From: Gammaproteobacteria bacterium
GTDB lineage: Bacteria > Pseudomonadota > Gammaproteobacteria > JBCCGL01
Assembly (NCBI GenBank): GCA_965277715.1
Contig: OZ255836.1
Coordinates: 1,696,001-1,760,000, forward strand
Length of the DNA: 64,000 nt
Direction: 5' to 3'
Within the stretch, counting starts at the first letter, position 1; every line of letters starts with the position of its first letter. Shown one piece after another: positions 8,154 to 18,807 of this stretch. A program made the translations under genes and the position numbers. The notes beneath the pieces are model-generated. The model had not been told where the DNA came from. It made no database searches and saw only the letters and a program-made list of their open reading frames with translations.

Positions 8154-9725
8154 CTACTGCGCAAAATAGCGCTGCAAAAATGTGTCAAATGACACATCAT
8201 CCGCCTGCTCAATCGCCACTTGCCGCACCAGCGAATCACTCGCCGCCGCCACAGATGCACGTTGGGCCGGCACAGGTAATGGCCGCTGTTTAAACCACTG
8301 CTGGTGCTGTATTGAAAGGCGCAGTGAAAAATCAAAAAACTCCTCACGGTTTTGCATCATCTCGGCCAGTATACGCGCAGAGGGGGTTTGCTCTGGATCT
8401 TCAATCTTTTCACGCTGTTGTTGCAATACCACACAATACACCGGCGACGCTCTACCATTGTCTAACAGCTCGCAGGTCATCGACAATTGGTGGAAAATAT
8501 CCCGTGCCCAATCGCGCAATAAGATATCCCGGCCCGATTTTCTTAAACACAAGGCTGGATCGCGGCCACGCTGGGCAACCGCATTAAAATTGTACTTGAT
8601 ATCTGCCTGTTCACTATCGCTCAGGGCATCACTGGGTAACAGCAGGCTAAACAGCAAAAATGATTCGAGAAAGCGCATCTGTTCCTGGTTGATTCCCAGT
8701 GGCTCGTAAGGATTGACATCCAGCGAACGCAGTTCGATATAGGCTATCCCCCGACTGGCCAGCGCCAGTGTCGGTTTTTCCTCCCCCTGTAAAATCTGTT
8801 TTGGGCGCACCGTCGAATAGTGTTCGTTTTCGATCTGGAGAATATTCTGGTTAAGCTGTTGCCATTCTCCATCGGCACACAATGCAATTTTTTTATACTG
8901 GGCACTGGGCGTGGAAATCGCCTGTGTCAGGCTATCAATATAGTCGCGCAAGCTACTGTAGTTGATGGCGATTCCGGCTTCCTTTTCCTTGCTGTTCTGA
9001 TAGCCAATATCCCCCATTCGCAGGGAGGTGGCAAACGGCCCGTAGTAAGTATGGTCGTATAAAGCCTGTAATGCGGTGGGCTTATCACCGAGAAATGAAC
9101 GGCAAATTGCCGGGGATGCGCCAAATAGATACGGCACCAGCCAGCCATAGCGTTGTAGGTTACGCACCATGCCCATATACGCCGCAGAGATAAAGGTCTG
9201 GCTATTGGACGTGTCACCGAGCAGGGATTGGTATAACGGCCAAAATGAAAGCGGGTAGGAGTAATTGTAGTGAACCCCCGCAATCGCCTGCATAACCCGG
9301 CCATAGCGATGACCCAGCCCACGCCGGTACGCCGTTTTCATTTTGGCGGCATTGGAGCGACCGTATTGGGCAATGGGGATGCTGGCTTCACCGGCCACAA
9401 CACACGGCATGCTGGTGGTCCACAACACTTCATCACCTAGCTGGCTGTACACAAACCGATGTGTATCATCGAGAAATTGCAATGTCTGTGCAGAGTCCTG
9501 AAAGGGCGGGGTCACCAGTTCCAGCAGTGCTTCAGAGTAGTCGGTGGTGATACTCGGGTGGGTTAACGCTGACCCCAGGCCATTGGGGTGAGGTGTTTGT
9601 GCAATACCGCCGTCAGCGGCGACACGCAGGCTTTCTTTTTCCAGGCCGATTTTGCGGCCCTGTAGAGGGTGGTGTGCACCACTGGCCAGTAGCTGTGCAA
9701 CACGACTTTCAATAACGGACTTCAA
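8154..9725 (-). CDS. gshA: Glutamate--cysteine ligase
   Basis: GLEKESLRV, LTHPSITTDYSEALLE, YRRGLGHRYG, LFGASP, LQIENEHYS, YIELRSLDVNP. Confidence 0.97.
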   Translation of the reverse strand: MKSVIESRVAQLLASGAHHPLQGRKIGLEKESLRVAADGGIAQTPHPNGLGSALTHPSITTDYSEALLELVTPPFQDSAQTLQFLDDTHRFVYSQLGDEVLWTTSMPCVVAGEASIPIAQYGRSNAAKMKTAYRRGLGHRYGRVMQAIAGVHYNYSYPLSFWPLYQSLLGDTSNSQTFISAAYMGMVRNLQRYGWLVPYLFGASPAICRSFLGDKPTALQALYDHTYYGPFATSLRMGDIGYQNSKEKEAGIAINYSSLRDYIDSLTQAISTPSAQYKKIALCADGEWQQLNQNILQIENEHYSTVRPKQILQGEEKPTLALASRGIAYIELRSLDVNPYEPLGINQEQMRFLESFLLFSLLLPSDALSDSEQADIKYNFNAVAQRGRDPALCLRKSGRDILLRDWARDIFHQLSMTCELLDNGRASPVYCVVLQQQREKIEDPEQTPSARILAEMMQNREEFFDFSLRLSIQHQQWFKQRPLPVPAQRASVAAASDSLVRQVAIEQADDVSFDTFLQRYFAQ

Positions 9726-9754
9726 CTACAGCTCCTGGGCAGCGCCCTGACTGG

Positions 9755-9902
9755 GGGGCGTTCTCAATCACTTTCACGGTCTGATTTCGGCTCTTTTCCG
9801 CGCTGGCGGCGTTGCAACGCGTCACAATAGAATGACTATTGCGCCTTGCCAGCACGAAAAATAGCTCAAGATCAGTCTCGCTCTGGTAATTGAGAACGCC
9901 CC
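9755..9902. mobile_element. 148-bp MITE-like element with 17-bp terminal inverted repeats
   Basis: Left ggggcgttctcaatcac and right gtaattgagaacgcccc match at 16/17; complementary subterminal arms; internal palindromes gcgttgcaacgc and caatag-N5-ctattg; no transposase. Confidence 0.8.
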
Positions 9903-9963
9903 TTAGCACTTCAGGCAAGGATTTGAACCTAAATTAACTAAACCTCATGTACTAACTTGCAAC

Positions 9964-9999
9964 TAATTGTTCCAGAGCGCTTTTTTTCTGGAACAATTA
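9964..9999. repeat. Perfect 13-bp inverted repeat in the divergent gshA/esterase intergenic region
   Basis: taattgttccaga-N10-tctggaacaatta. Confidence 0.7.
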
Positions 10000-10169
10000 T
10001 TGGCTAATACCTCAGACATCATGTATTGGCTTGTGTGCAAGTTAATACATGGGGTCTAGCTGAATAATAACAGAGCTATTGCAATGGCGGCACCAACGGG
10101 CACGAAAAAAACGCAATTACATTTTCCACGGTGATAGTATCAGGGCGTCCCTGAACCCTACTGAACTCG

Positions 10170-10937
10170 ATGCAAACACTGCACTACAATGTTACTGGAG
10201 ACACAGGCCCATACTTGTGCATTCTTCATGGATTATTCGGTTCACTGGAAAACTGGGGTTCTCAGGCCCGTGCATTATCCAGGCATTTTCAGGTTATTAA
10301 TATTGATTTACGCAATCATGGTCGTTCACCACACCACTCGTGTATGGGGTATACGGCAATGGCGGAGGATGTGTTACACCTGTTGAATCACCTCGCTATC
10401 GACAGAACCTATATACTGGGCCATTCGATGGGGGGTAAAACAGCCATGCAGTTTGCCCTCGACCACGCTGCCTACGTCGATAAATTGATTGTTGTAGACA
10501 TCGCACCAAAACACTACCCCCGACACCACGATGCAATTTTCGATGCGTTGGACAGTATTGACTTGGCGACCCTGGTTTCCCGAAACGAGGCGGATGCACA
10601 AATCAAACACGCCATACCTGAGCGGGACATTCGCGCTTTTTTGCTCAAAAACCTGCAACGGGGGGAAAGGGGTTTTCACTGGAAAATGAATTTGGCGGTT
10701 CTTCGTGACGATTACCCCAATATCGCCGCTGGTATGCAGTGCAGGCAACCTTTTTCAGGCGAAACGCTGTTTATCAAAGGGGGGCGTTCTGATTATATCC
10801 AGCCCGGTGATCAACACAGCACTCAGCAGTTTTTCCCCAACGCCCGTGCAAAAATTATTGATAATACAGGGCACTGGCCACATGTGGAGAAAGCGGCGGT
10901 ATTCACAAAAATTACCACCGATTTCTTGTTGGGTTAA
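10170..10937 (+). CDS. ybfF: Alpha/beta-fold esterase, YbfF family
   Basis: HGLFGSLENW, DLRNHGRS, GHSMGGK, VVDIAP, GHWPHVE. Confidence 0.88.
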   Translation: MQTLHYNVTGDTGPYLCILHGLFGSLENWGSQARALSRHFQVINIDLRNHGRSPHHSCMGYTAMAEDVLHLLNHLAIDRTYILGHSMGGKTAMQFALDHAAYVDKLIVVDIAPKHYPRHHDAIFDALDSIDLATLVSRNEADAQIKHAIPERDIRAFLLKNLQRGERGFHWKMNLAVLRDDYPNIAAGMQCRQPFSGETLFIKGGRSDYIQPGDQHSTQQFFPNARAKIIDNTGHWPHVEKAAVFTKITTDFLLG

Positions 10938-10938
10938 T

Positions 10939-11694
10939 TTACGCTTCAATCCAGATCAATGTTGCCATGCGCCCGCTGTGCGCACCATCGCGACGATATG
11001 AAAAGAACCGTTGTCTATCTGTATAAGTGCACCAGTTGCCGCCAAACAGTGAAGTCACCCCCGCTTTTTGCAGTCGCTGCCGTGCCAGGCCAGGTAAGTT
11101 GGCAATCCATTTTCCGGGCGTTTCAGTGCGCTGAAAATGGGTTTTGTTTGTATCATCCTGTATACAAAAAACATCGTAAACATCCGCACCCACTTCAAAG
11201 GCAGATAGACCGATCGACGGGCCGAGCCAGGCACACAACTGCGTCGGGGCGACAGGCAGCGAGTCGATAACCGATTCCAGCACACCATTGAGCAGGCCGC
11301 GCCAGCCGGCATGTGCAGCCGCAACACAGCTCCCGGTGCGGTCGGCAAACAAGACGGGCAGGCAATCGGCTGTCATTACCGTACATACTGTTCCCGGCAA
11401 CTGCGTCCAGGCCGCATCAGCCTGCTCATCACGTCCGGCTCTGGCGGCGTCGACCACGCGTGTTCCATGAACCTGCCAAAGCCAGCAGGGCGCTGTGGGT
11501 AAATTCATTTTTTCCTGCAACAGTGCACGATTTTTCAACACATTATCCGCCGTATCGGCACTGCGTACACCGAGGTTAAAACTGTCAAAGGGTTTCTGGC
11601 TAAAGCCACCGACCCGCGTAGTCGAACAGGCGTGTACGTTGGCGGGAGCGGGCCAATCGGGGAGGATAAACTCGGGTATGTTTTGCGTTTTCAT
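10939..11694 (-). CDS. pgeF: Peptidoglycan editing factor / purine nucleoside phosphorylase PgeF (YfiH)
   Basis: WLWQVHG, TADCLPVL, AHAGWRGL, FFSYRRDG; overlaps rluD. Confidence 0.95.
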   Translation of the reverse strand: MKTQNIPEFILPDWPAPANVHACSTTRVGGFSQKPFDSFNLGVRSADTADNVLKNRALLQEKMNLPTAPCWLWQVHGTRVVDAARAGRDEQADAAWTQLPGTVCTVMTADCLPVLFADRTGSCVAAAHAGWRGLLNGVLESVIDSLPVAPTQLCAWLGPSIGLSAFEVGADVYDVFCIQDDTNKTHFQRTETPGKWIANLPGLARQRLQKAGVTSLFGGNWCTYTDRQRFFSYRRDGAHSGRMATLIWIEA

Positions 11695-12680
11695 CGCAAC
11701 GCACCCCGGTTATCGGCTTCAGCATCGGTGCGCAATAGCGTCCGCAATTGTTCAAAATCACCCGGCAGGGGTGACTCCCATGCCATTTCCTGCTGGGTGT
11801 TGGGGTGTATCAAACAGAGCCGGGTGGCGTGCAGCGCCTGGCGGGGAAAACCATGTAAACCATCGGCCAGTTGTGCACCGATGGCCGCCGGAATACGCAA
11901 TCGCCCGGCATACACAGGGTCACCGATCAATGGGTAGTGACGATGCGCCATATGCACACGGATCTGGTGGGTACGGCCAGTTTCAAGTTGCAGTTTGAGG
12001 TAGCTGTGTGCACGGTATTTTTCCAGTACGCGGTAGTGCGTTATCGCCGGTTTACCGCCAGCGACAACCGCCATGCGTTTGCGATCAACCGGATGGCGAC
12101 CGATAGGTTCATCAACCACACCGCCCGCCACCAGCACACCACTCACCAGTGCACGGTACTCCCGGTGCACTGTGCGTGCCTGCAACTGGGCCACTAACGC
12201 GGTATGCGCTTGCACAGTGCGCGCTACAACAAACAAACCGGTAGTGTCTTTATCGAGCCGGTGCACAATGCCTGCACGCGGCACCTGAGCCAGAGCGGGG
12301 TCGTAATGCAGTAAGCCATTTAGTACAGTGCCATCACGGTTTCCCACTGCCGGATGCATTACTAACCCGGCGGGTTTATCGATTACCAGTAGATGCCTAT
12401 CCTGATAGATGATGTTGAGGCCGATTACCTGGGGTTGGTAATCGACAACTTCGCTGAACACGGGGCTAAGTACTACTTGCTCACCACCGGTCAGCTTATT
12501 TCGCGGCCTGGCTATGTCTCCATCCACATGTACCTGCTGGTTGCGAATCCACTGCTGTAACGCATTGCGCGAATACTCGGGATACAACGCAGCCAATGCC
12601 TGATCCAGTCGCCAACCACGATAATGATCAGGTATTCGACAGTTGAACGGATTGGCAGTATCTTCATCGGCATTTGTCAT
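11691..12680 (-). CDS. rluD: 23S rRNA pseudouridine 1911/1915/1917 synthase
   Basis: S4 domain RLDQALA, DKPAGLVMHP, GIVHRLDKDTTG, LETGRTHQIRVH, RQALHA; start uncertain (12680 or 12710). Confidence 0.96.
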   Translation of the reverse strand: MTNADEDTANPFNCRIPDHYRGWRLDQALAALYPEYSRNALQQWIRNQQVHVDGDIARPRNKLTGGEQVVLSPVFSEVVDYQPQVIGLNIIYQDRHLLVIDKPAGLVMHPAVGNRDGTVLNGLLHYDPALAQVPRAGIVHRLDKDTTGLFVVARTVQAHTALVAQLQARTVHREYRALVSGVLVAGGVVDEPIGRHPVDRKRMAVVAGGKPAITHYRVLEKYRAHSYLKLQLETGRTHQIRVHMAHRHYPLIGDPVYAGRLRIPAAIGAQLADGLHGFPRQALHATRLCLIHPNTQQEMAWESPLPGDFEQLRTLLRTDAEADNRGALR

Positions 12681-12949
12681 AGTGTTTGTCTTTAGGGGTA
12701 TTTGTTTCACGGTAAATTACTATCGAGGGTATCGAAAAACGACTGTACTTGATGATGTGGCGTTGAAAATCGACAAAAAATGCGCACTTGCGCTGTGTAA
12801 ACTGCGTTTTTTTATCAATTTTCACCTTGCCTCGTCTTCGTTCGCAACATTTTCCGACGCTCCCTATCGGTATCTTCATGTTCCAGCACAATGAAATCAA
12901 CCGACTCTACGGGTATACTCGGCATCGATTATAAAAACTGTTTACTGCT

Positions 12950-13729
12950 ATGTTTCGATTTTCCCCGTTTTCTGCCCCCCTTTTAATGATACTCGTGTTC
13001 GCGGGGTTAGCTGCGTGCTCGACAGCGCCACCAGTAGACCCGACCGCAGACTGGTCCGCACGCAAAATTTACAATGAAGCCTCAAGTGCACTGGCCAACA
13101 GCAAGTTTGACCAGGCGGTGGAGTATTTTGAGCTGCTTGAATCCCGGTTTCCATTTGGCCGCTACACACTCCAATCACAACTGGATATTGCCTACGCCCA
13201 CTATAAGCGCCGCGAGTACGATTCAGCTATTGATGCCGCCAATCGCTTTATCAGGCTACATCCAGGCAACACACATATCGACTACGCCTACTACCTCAAA
13301 GGGCTATCAAACTTCAGCCGGGGCTCTGGTTTATTCACCAATTTTACCGGGCGCAAGCTGGCAAACATCGACCAACAGGCATTGAACAATGCATTCGCCG
13401 ACTTCGACACGCTAGTTCAACGTTTTCCGGATAGTATTTACGCGGCTGATTCGCACAAGCGCATGGTGTTTTTACGCAATGAAATGGCCGATCACGAACT
13501 GGATATCGCAACGTTTTATTATGGCCGGGGCGCTATGCTGGCATCGATCAACCGGGTTAAGTATATTATTAAACACTTTGACGGCGCACCCGCCGTTACC
13601 GAGGGACTGGCCCTCATGGCACAGGCCTACCGCAATATGGGCCTGGATGATCTCGCTGAAGATACCTTCCGCGTATTGGAAAAAACCGACCCAACACATG
13701 CTGCCTTAAAAAGTAAAGACCTGGAATAG
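12950..13729 (+). CDS. bamD: Outer membrane protein assembly lipoprotein BamD
   Basis: Lipobox LAAC, TPR motifs (RFIRLHP, DYAYYLKGL); divergent from rluD as is usual. Confidence 0.95.
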   Translation: MFRFSPFSAPLLMILVFAGLAACSTAPPVDPTADWSARKIYNEASSALANSKFDQAVEYFELLESRFPFGRYTLQSQLDIAYAHYKRREYDSAIDAANRFIRLHPGNTHIDYAYYLKGLSNFSRGSGLFTNFTGRKLANIDQQALNNAFADFDTLVQRFPDSIYAADSHKRMVFLRNEMADHELDIATFYYGRGAMLASINRVKYIIKHFDGAPAVTEGLALMAQAYRNMGLDDLAEDTFRVLEKTDPTHAALKSKDLE

Positions 13730-13869
13730 AATAAATATTATGCTGATAATTGAGTTCAGTTTATGTCTGAGTTAGATGCAGGATAAAGAAAGTATTGGGT
13801 TTCTCACCAAATTGTTCTTCGCTATTGTCGGCATTCTTAATTATTTCAAAAATGCCATAAGTCACATCG

Positions 13870-15543
13870 TTATTTAACGTAGCCTGAAGTAATCGGGTAA
13901 CGCCGATCCTTACCAAAAGCACGCTTGCTAACACGCACACCCGGCGGCGCCTGCCGACGTTTATGCTCATTGCGCACCACCATTGCCACCACACGCGCCA
14001 CCGTGGCGCGATCAAATCCCAAGTCAACAATCTGATCAACCGACCAGTCCTCTTCAACATAGCGTTGCAAAATAGCATCGAGCTGATCGTAAGGGGGCAG
14101 GCTGTCCTGGTCCACCTGCCCCGGTGCCAACTCCGCAGAAGCGGGCCGATCAATTACCCGCTGAGGTATCAGTGGGTAGCCAGCCTGTCGATTACGGTAT
14201 TCTGCCAATTGATAAACCGTGGTCTTGGGCACATCTTTAAGCGGCGCAAAGCCACCGGCCATATCACCATAAAGCGTCGCATAACCCACCGCCATTTCAC
14301 TCTTGTTACCGGTGGTTAGCACCAACCGATGGCGCTTGTTGGCGAGAGCCATCAGTGTCAGGCCACGGCATCGTGCCTGAATATTTTCCTCGGTGGTGTC
14401 CATTGCTGTATCGGCAAACGCCCCCTGCAACATACCCATAAAAGCCTTATAGGCGGGCGCAATTGGAACAACGCTGTACTCTACACTCAGGTTATTCGCC
14501 TGTTTTTCAGCGTCCTCCTGACTCATTTGCGAGGTGTAATCAAATGGCATCATCACCGCCTGCACCTTATCTGTACCCAAGCCTGCACCTAAGGCATCGA
14601 CGGCGATGGCCAGAGTTAGCGCCGAATCAATCCCCCCCGACAAACCAAGCACCGCACCGGCAAACCCGTTTTTCCTCATATAGTCACGCACACCGCACAC
14701 CAGTGCCTGGTAAATCAATGCGAGTGATCGCTCTGCCGATGGCGCGCTCTGCTCACAGCCTGCAGAATCGACAACATCGCCAGCAATATCGTCCAGTACA
14801 CCCTCAGTGGATATCGTCACGGCGGCAATACCTTCTTCAAACGGCGGCATCCGCAACACCACTTCCCCCTGCTGGCTCAATGCCAAAGAGTGACCATCAA
14901 ACACCAGCTCATCTTGCCCACCAACCTGGTTGACATAGATCAATGGCAAACCACTTTCGGTTACACGTCCATGCGCCTCACACTCCCGATGCCGCAAATT
15001 ATCCAAATCAAACGGCGAGGCGTTCAGCGAAACAATGACCTCAGCACCTGCAACCCGGCTGGCCTCAACCGCTGCAGGAAACCAAATATCCTCGCACACC
15101 GTCACCCCCACCTGTACCCCCTGAATATCGAGCACCAGCGGCTGAGTGCCTGCCGTGAAATAACGCTGCTCATCAAATACGCCATAATTGGGTAACACGT
15201 TTTTATAGTAATTGTACTGTCTGCCATCCGCATGCAATACCACGGCTGTGTTGTAGAGATGCCCGCCCTCGTACAACGGCGCGCCAACAATCACACTAAC
15301 ACCCTCCAGTGATTGCTTTATCCTGTCCAAACACACTTGTACACGAGGGTGCATATCTGCACGCAACAACAAATCCTCCGGCGGATAACCCGTGAGCGCC
15401 AGCTCGGTATACACCACCAGTGAAGCCTGATGCTCATTGTGTGCACGCCTGGCTATAGCGATAATTTTTTTTGTATTACCCTCTATATCACCCACAACGG
15501 GGTTAATTTGTGCGAGTGCGATGCGCAGTGACTGACTATTCAT
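13870..15543 (-). CDS. nadE: Glutamine-dependent NAD+ synthetase
   Basis: Nitrilase domain (ELALTGYPPEDL, LPNYGVFDE, CEDIW) plus synthetase domain (GLSGGIDS, TTGNKSE, GYATLYGD). Confidence 0.96.
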   Translation of the reverse strand: MNSQSLRIALAQINPVVGDIEGNTKKIIAIARRAHNEHQASLVVYTELALTGYPPEDLLLRADMHPRVQVCLDRIKQSLEGVSVIVGAPLYEGGHLYNTAVVLHADGRQYNYYKNVLPNYGVFDEQRYFTAGTQPLVLDIQGVQVGVTVCEDIWFPAAVEASRVAGAEVIVSLNASPFDLDNLRHRECEAHGRVTESGLPLIYVNQVGGQDELVFDGHSLALSQQGEVVLRMPPFEEGIAAVTISTEGVLDDIAGDVVDSAGCEQSAPSAERSLALIYQALVCGVRDYMRKNGFAGAVLGLSGGIDSALTLAIAVDALGAGLGTDKVQAVMMPFDYTSQMSQEDAEKQANNLSVEYSVVPIAPAYKAFMGMLQGAFADTAMDTTEENIQARCRGLTLMALANKRHRLVLTTGNKSEMAVGYATLYGDMAGGFAPLKDVPKTTVYQLAEYRNRQAGYPLIPQRVIDRPASAELAPGQVDQDSLPPYDQLDAILQRYVEEDWSVDQIVDLGFDRATVARVVAMVVRNEHKRRQAPPGVRVSKRAFGKDRRYPITSGYVK

Positions 15544-15646
15544 AATGATCGTATAAGCTGTTCAGCAATACATTTTGCCCGCATTCGCCCTTTTTGTGCA
15601 AAAATAATTACCTGCCTGTCTACTTATTATTAAACCGAACGATCAG

Positions 15647-17248
15647 TTGAATACCAAACACAGCAATACACACAATCCCGACGACTGGGCGTCATTACGT
15701 CTGTTGAATGTCTACCGTCTGTTCGTCACTTTTATCTTATTGGCTACACTGTACTATCTCGAACCGGACAATAATGTACTGGGCCAACGCAATACCACAC
15801 TGTTTACTGCTACGCTTCTGAGTTACCTTGCTCTTAGCCTTATATTTATTGCTTGCCTGCACGCTCGCTGGCCACGATTCGAGTCCCAGGTTTATCTCCA
15901 GGTTTATGTTGATATAGGTGCCATTACATTGCTGATGCACGCCAGTGGTGGCACCAGCAGTGGGCTGGGAATCTTGATGGTTGTGGCCATAGCGGGTACT
16001 GCGTTGATTACCATGAACCGCTTTGCCCTGTTATTTGCGGCACTCGGCTCTCTGGCTCTTCTTGGCGAACAGTTTTACACACATGCCACCTACGGCATTT
16101 CGCAAACAGCCTATTTGCAGGCAGGCGCACTGGGCGCCACGCTACTGGTTACCGCATTACTGGCAATGGTGTTGGCCCGCCGCAGCCGACGGGCAGATAC
16201 CGTGGCACGGCGCCGCACAACTGAGCGCGATAATCTGGCTAAACTAAATGAACAGATTATCCAGCAAATGGCTTCTGCACTATTATTTGTCAGCCCGATG
16301 GGGAAAATACGCATTTCCAATAGCAGTGCCCACCAATTGCTGAATATGCCACGCGATACCGAAAGCCTTAGTTTGCGGGTTGTGTCAGAACCGTTAGCAA
16401 CAGCACTTGAACACTGGCGAAAGGACAGATCACAACAACCACAACCGACGTTCGACGAGAAACTTGGCATTGAGTTAAATATGCATTTCCTGCCTCTTGG
16501 CAACGCGGGAACACTCATCCGGGTAGAGGATAATTTCGCGCTAAAACAACAAATGCTGCAATCCAGCCTCGCCTCGCTTGGCCGCCTGACTGCCAACATT
16601 GCCCATGAAATCCGTAACCCCTTGGGTGCTATCAGCCACGCGGCTCAGTTGCTCGAAGAATCTGCCTCGATAAGTCAAGGGGATAACCGCCTTGTGCAGA
16701 TAGTAATAACCCAGTCACAGCGGATGAACAAAATTATCGAAGATATTATGCAATTATCGCGGCAGCAGAAGGTCACGCCAGAAAAGATTAACTTGCATCA
16801 ATATCTTACTGAATTCGCTGCCGATTTTTGTACCCAGCAACAATTGCAGGCCAACGCGATACGCATAACTGCCGAGGCCACCACGCACGCCTGGATAGAT
16901 CCAGATCACCTGCACCAGGTATTGTGGAACTTATGCAACAACAGCGTGCTACACAGCAAGAGCGAAGACCTTGTTATCAACCTCACTGTCAAGGAGACAC
17001 CCAATCCTGCCGATCACAGAACCGACGTCAACCTGGAAATAAGCGATAACGGCGTGGGCATTCCCACTGAAAAACACGCAGAAGTATTTGAACCATTCTA
17101 CACCTCCAGCCATCGGGGAACCGGCCTGGGTTTGTACATTGCACGGGAACTCTGTGAATTCAGCCGTGCACAGCTATCACTACTCCCCAGTGGTAACGGC
17201 ACCTGCTTTCGCATAACATTCGGTTTACCACCCGAGATAACCACATAA
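15647..17248 (+). CDS. pilS: Two-component sensor kinase PilS
   Basis: Membrane domain with LMHASGG..SGLG, H-box AHEIRNPL, G-boxes DNGVG and GTGLGL; next to pilR. Confidence 0.9.
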   Translation: MNTKHSNTHNPDDWASLRLLNVYRLFVTFILLATLYYLEPDNNVLGQRNTTLFTATLLSYLALSLIFIACLHARWPRFESQVYLQVYVDIGAITLLMHASGGTSSGLGILMVVAIAGTALITMNRFALLFAALGSLALLGEQFYTHATYGISQTAYLQAGALGATLLVTALLAMVLARRSRRADTVARRRTTERDNLAKLNEQIIQQMASALLFVSPMGKIRISNSSAHQLLNMPRDTESLSLRVVSEPLATALEHWRKDRSQQPQPTFDEKLGIELNMHFLPLGNAGTLIRVEDNFALKQQMLQSSLASLGRLTANIAHEIRNPLGAISHAAQLLEESASISQGDNRLVQIVITQSQRMNKIIEDIMQLSRQQKVTPEKINLHQYLTEFAADFCTQQQLQANAIRITAEATTHAWIDPDHLHQVLWNLCNNSVLHSKSEDLVINLTVKETPNPADHRTDVNLEISDNGVGIPTEKHAEVFEPFYTSSHRGTGLGLYIARELCEFSRAQLSLLPSGNGTCFRITFGLPPEITT

Positions 17249-17267
17249 ACGCCCCCTGACAAACGCC

Positions 17268-18623
17268 ATGCCCAAAGCCCTTATTGTCGACGACGAACCC
17301 GATATCCGCGAATTACTGGAAATGACACTTATGCGCATGGATATCGACACACATGCCGCCGCCAATATCGAGCAGGCGCGCACCCTGCTCAACAGTGAAT
17401 CATTCGATGTCTGCTTAACCGATATGCGCCTCCCGGATGGCAATGGTATTGGACTGGTTGAATATATTCAGACACTAAAGCACCCACTTCCCGTCGCAGT
17501 TATCACCGCTCACGGAAATATAGAGCTGGCCGTGCAGGCATTAAAAGCTGGTGCCTTTGACTTTATCTCCAAGCCCGTTAATTTAAGCGCATTGCGTGAC
17601 CTGGTCGATACCGCCATACGCTCAAATACCCCTGCGACAACCCAACCTCATATGCCCAGTAAAAATCCCCAGGATCAGTTGGTAGGCCAATCAAAGGCAA
17701 TGCAAACGCTTAAAGCCACAATCACCAAACTGGCACGCAGCCAGGCACCGGTGTGGATTCGTGGTGAGTCGGGTACAGGTAAGGAGCTTGTGGCGAAAAT
17801 CATCCACCAGCAGGGGCCGCGTCAAAATGGGCCATTTATACCGGTCAACTGTGGGGCTATTCCGTCAGAATTGATGGAGAGTGAGTTTTTTGGCCACCGC
17901 AAGGGCAGTTTTACCGGCGCCACCCATGATAACCCCGGTTTGTTCCAAAGTGCCGATGGGGGCACATTGTTCCTTGATGAAGTAGCAGACCTCCCACTGT
18001 CGATGCAAGTTAAGTTATTGCGGGCGATTCAGGAAAAAGCGGTGCGCCCGGTGGGTGAAAGTAATGAGATTCCCGTCAATGTACGCATTTTATCAGCCTC
18101 ACACAAAGACCTCACAGCAGAAGTAGCCACAGAGCGTTTCAGGCAAGACCTCTATTACCGCTTGAATGTTATTGAACTGCGAGTACCTAGTCTACGTGAG
18201 CGCCGTAGTGATATCCCTATCTTGATAACAGCCTTGCTCAGACGCATGATTTCAAATAGTAATGAAGATATTCCGACGCTATCTGACCAGGCACTAACGC
18301 TGCTCAACCAGCATGATTTTCCCGGCAATGTGCGGGAACTGGAAAACCGGCTGGAACGTGCGCTGGCGTTATATGAAAACGATAGAATAAGCGCAGAGGA
18401 TTTGGGGTTCCAGCAAGCGACTGATGAATCAAAGAATACTATCGCTTCCCCTGACACAACACTGGAAAAAACTCATTTAGCAAGCACTTCATTAGCAGAA
18501 CATGAGCGCACAGTATTGTTATCAGCTCTGGAAAAAACCCGCTGGAACAAAAAATCCGCCGCAGAATTATTGAATATCAGCTACCGACAGCTACGCTATA
18601 AAGTGAGTAAATTAGGACTATAA
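17268..18623 (+). CDS. pilR: Sigma-54-dependent response regulator PilR
   Basis: Receiver domain, GESGTGKE, GSFTGA variant typical of PilR, Fis-type HTH. Confidence 0.93.
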   Translation: MPKALIVDDEPDIRELLEMTLMRMDIDTHAAANIEQARTLLNSESFDVCLTDMRLPDGNGIGLVEYIQTLKHPLPVAVITAHGNIELAVQALKAGAFDFISKPVNLSALRDLVDTAIRSNTPATTQPHMPSKNPQDQLVGQSKAMQTLKATITKLARSQAPVWIRGESGTGKELVAKIIHQQGPRQNGPFIPVNCGAIPSELMESEFFGHRKGSFTGATHDNPGLFQSADGGTLFLDEVADLPLSMQVKLLRAIQEKAVRPVGESNEIPVNVRILSASHKDLTAEVATERFRQDLYYRLNVIELRVPSLRERRSDIPILITALLRRMISNSNEDIPTLSDQALTLLNQHDFPGNVRELENRLERALALYENDRISAEDLGFQQATDESKNTIASPDTTLEKTHLASTSLAEHERTVLLSALEKTRWNKKSAAELLNISYRQLRYKVSKLGL

Positions 18624-18675
18624 GAGTAACATTTGCATAAACGTACTATTTAACCCAAGTCTAAGCATATTTGGA

Positions 18676-18716
18676 GACAGTATTTATGTCATATAGTGAC
18701 AAATATGTCACTATAT
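18676..18716 (+). promoter_or_regulatory. Probable PilR enhancer sites
   Basis: gaca-N7-tgtc followed by the perfect inverted repeat atatagtgaca-N4-tgtcactatat, about 100 bp upstream of the sigma-54 promoter; TGTC is the reported PilR core in P. aeruginosa. Confidence 0.65.
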
Positions 18717-18807
18717 ACGAATATATATGTTTTGAAATAAACATATCTTCTTTAAGTTTAAGATCAAAGTACGTTAGCGGCAGTAGGTTTGCATGATAAA
18801 AATCACT

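Noticed and set aside
9709-9918. 69-aa ORF overlapping the gshA start
   Set aside because: Lies almost entirely within the MITE and has no protein features; most likely incidental
13761-13870. AT-rich stretch with an open frame between bamD and nadE
   Set aside because: No independent start and no recognisable similarity; cannot be supported as a gene
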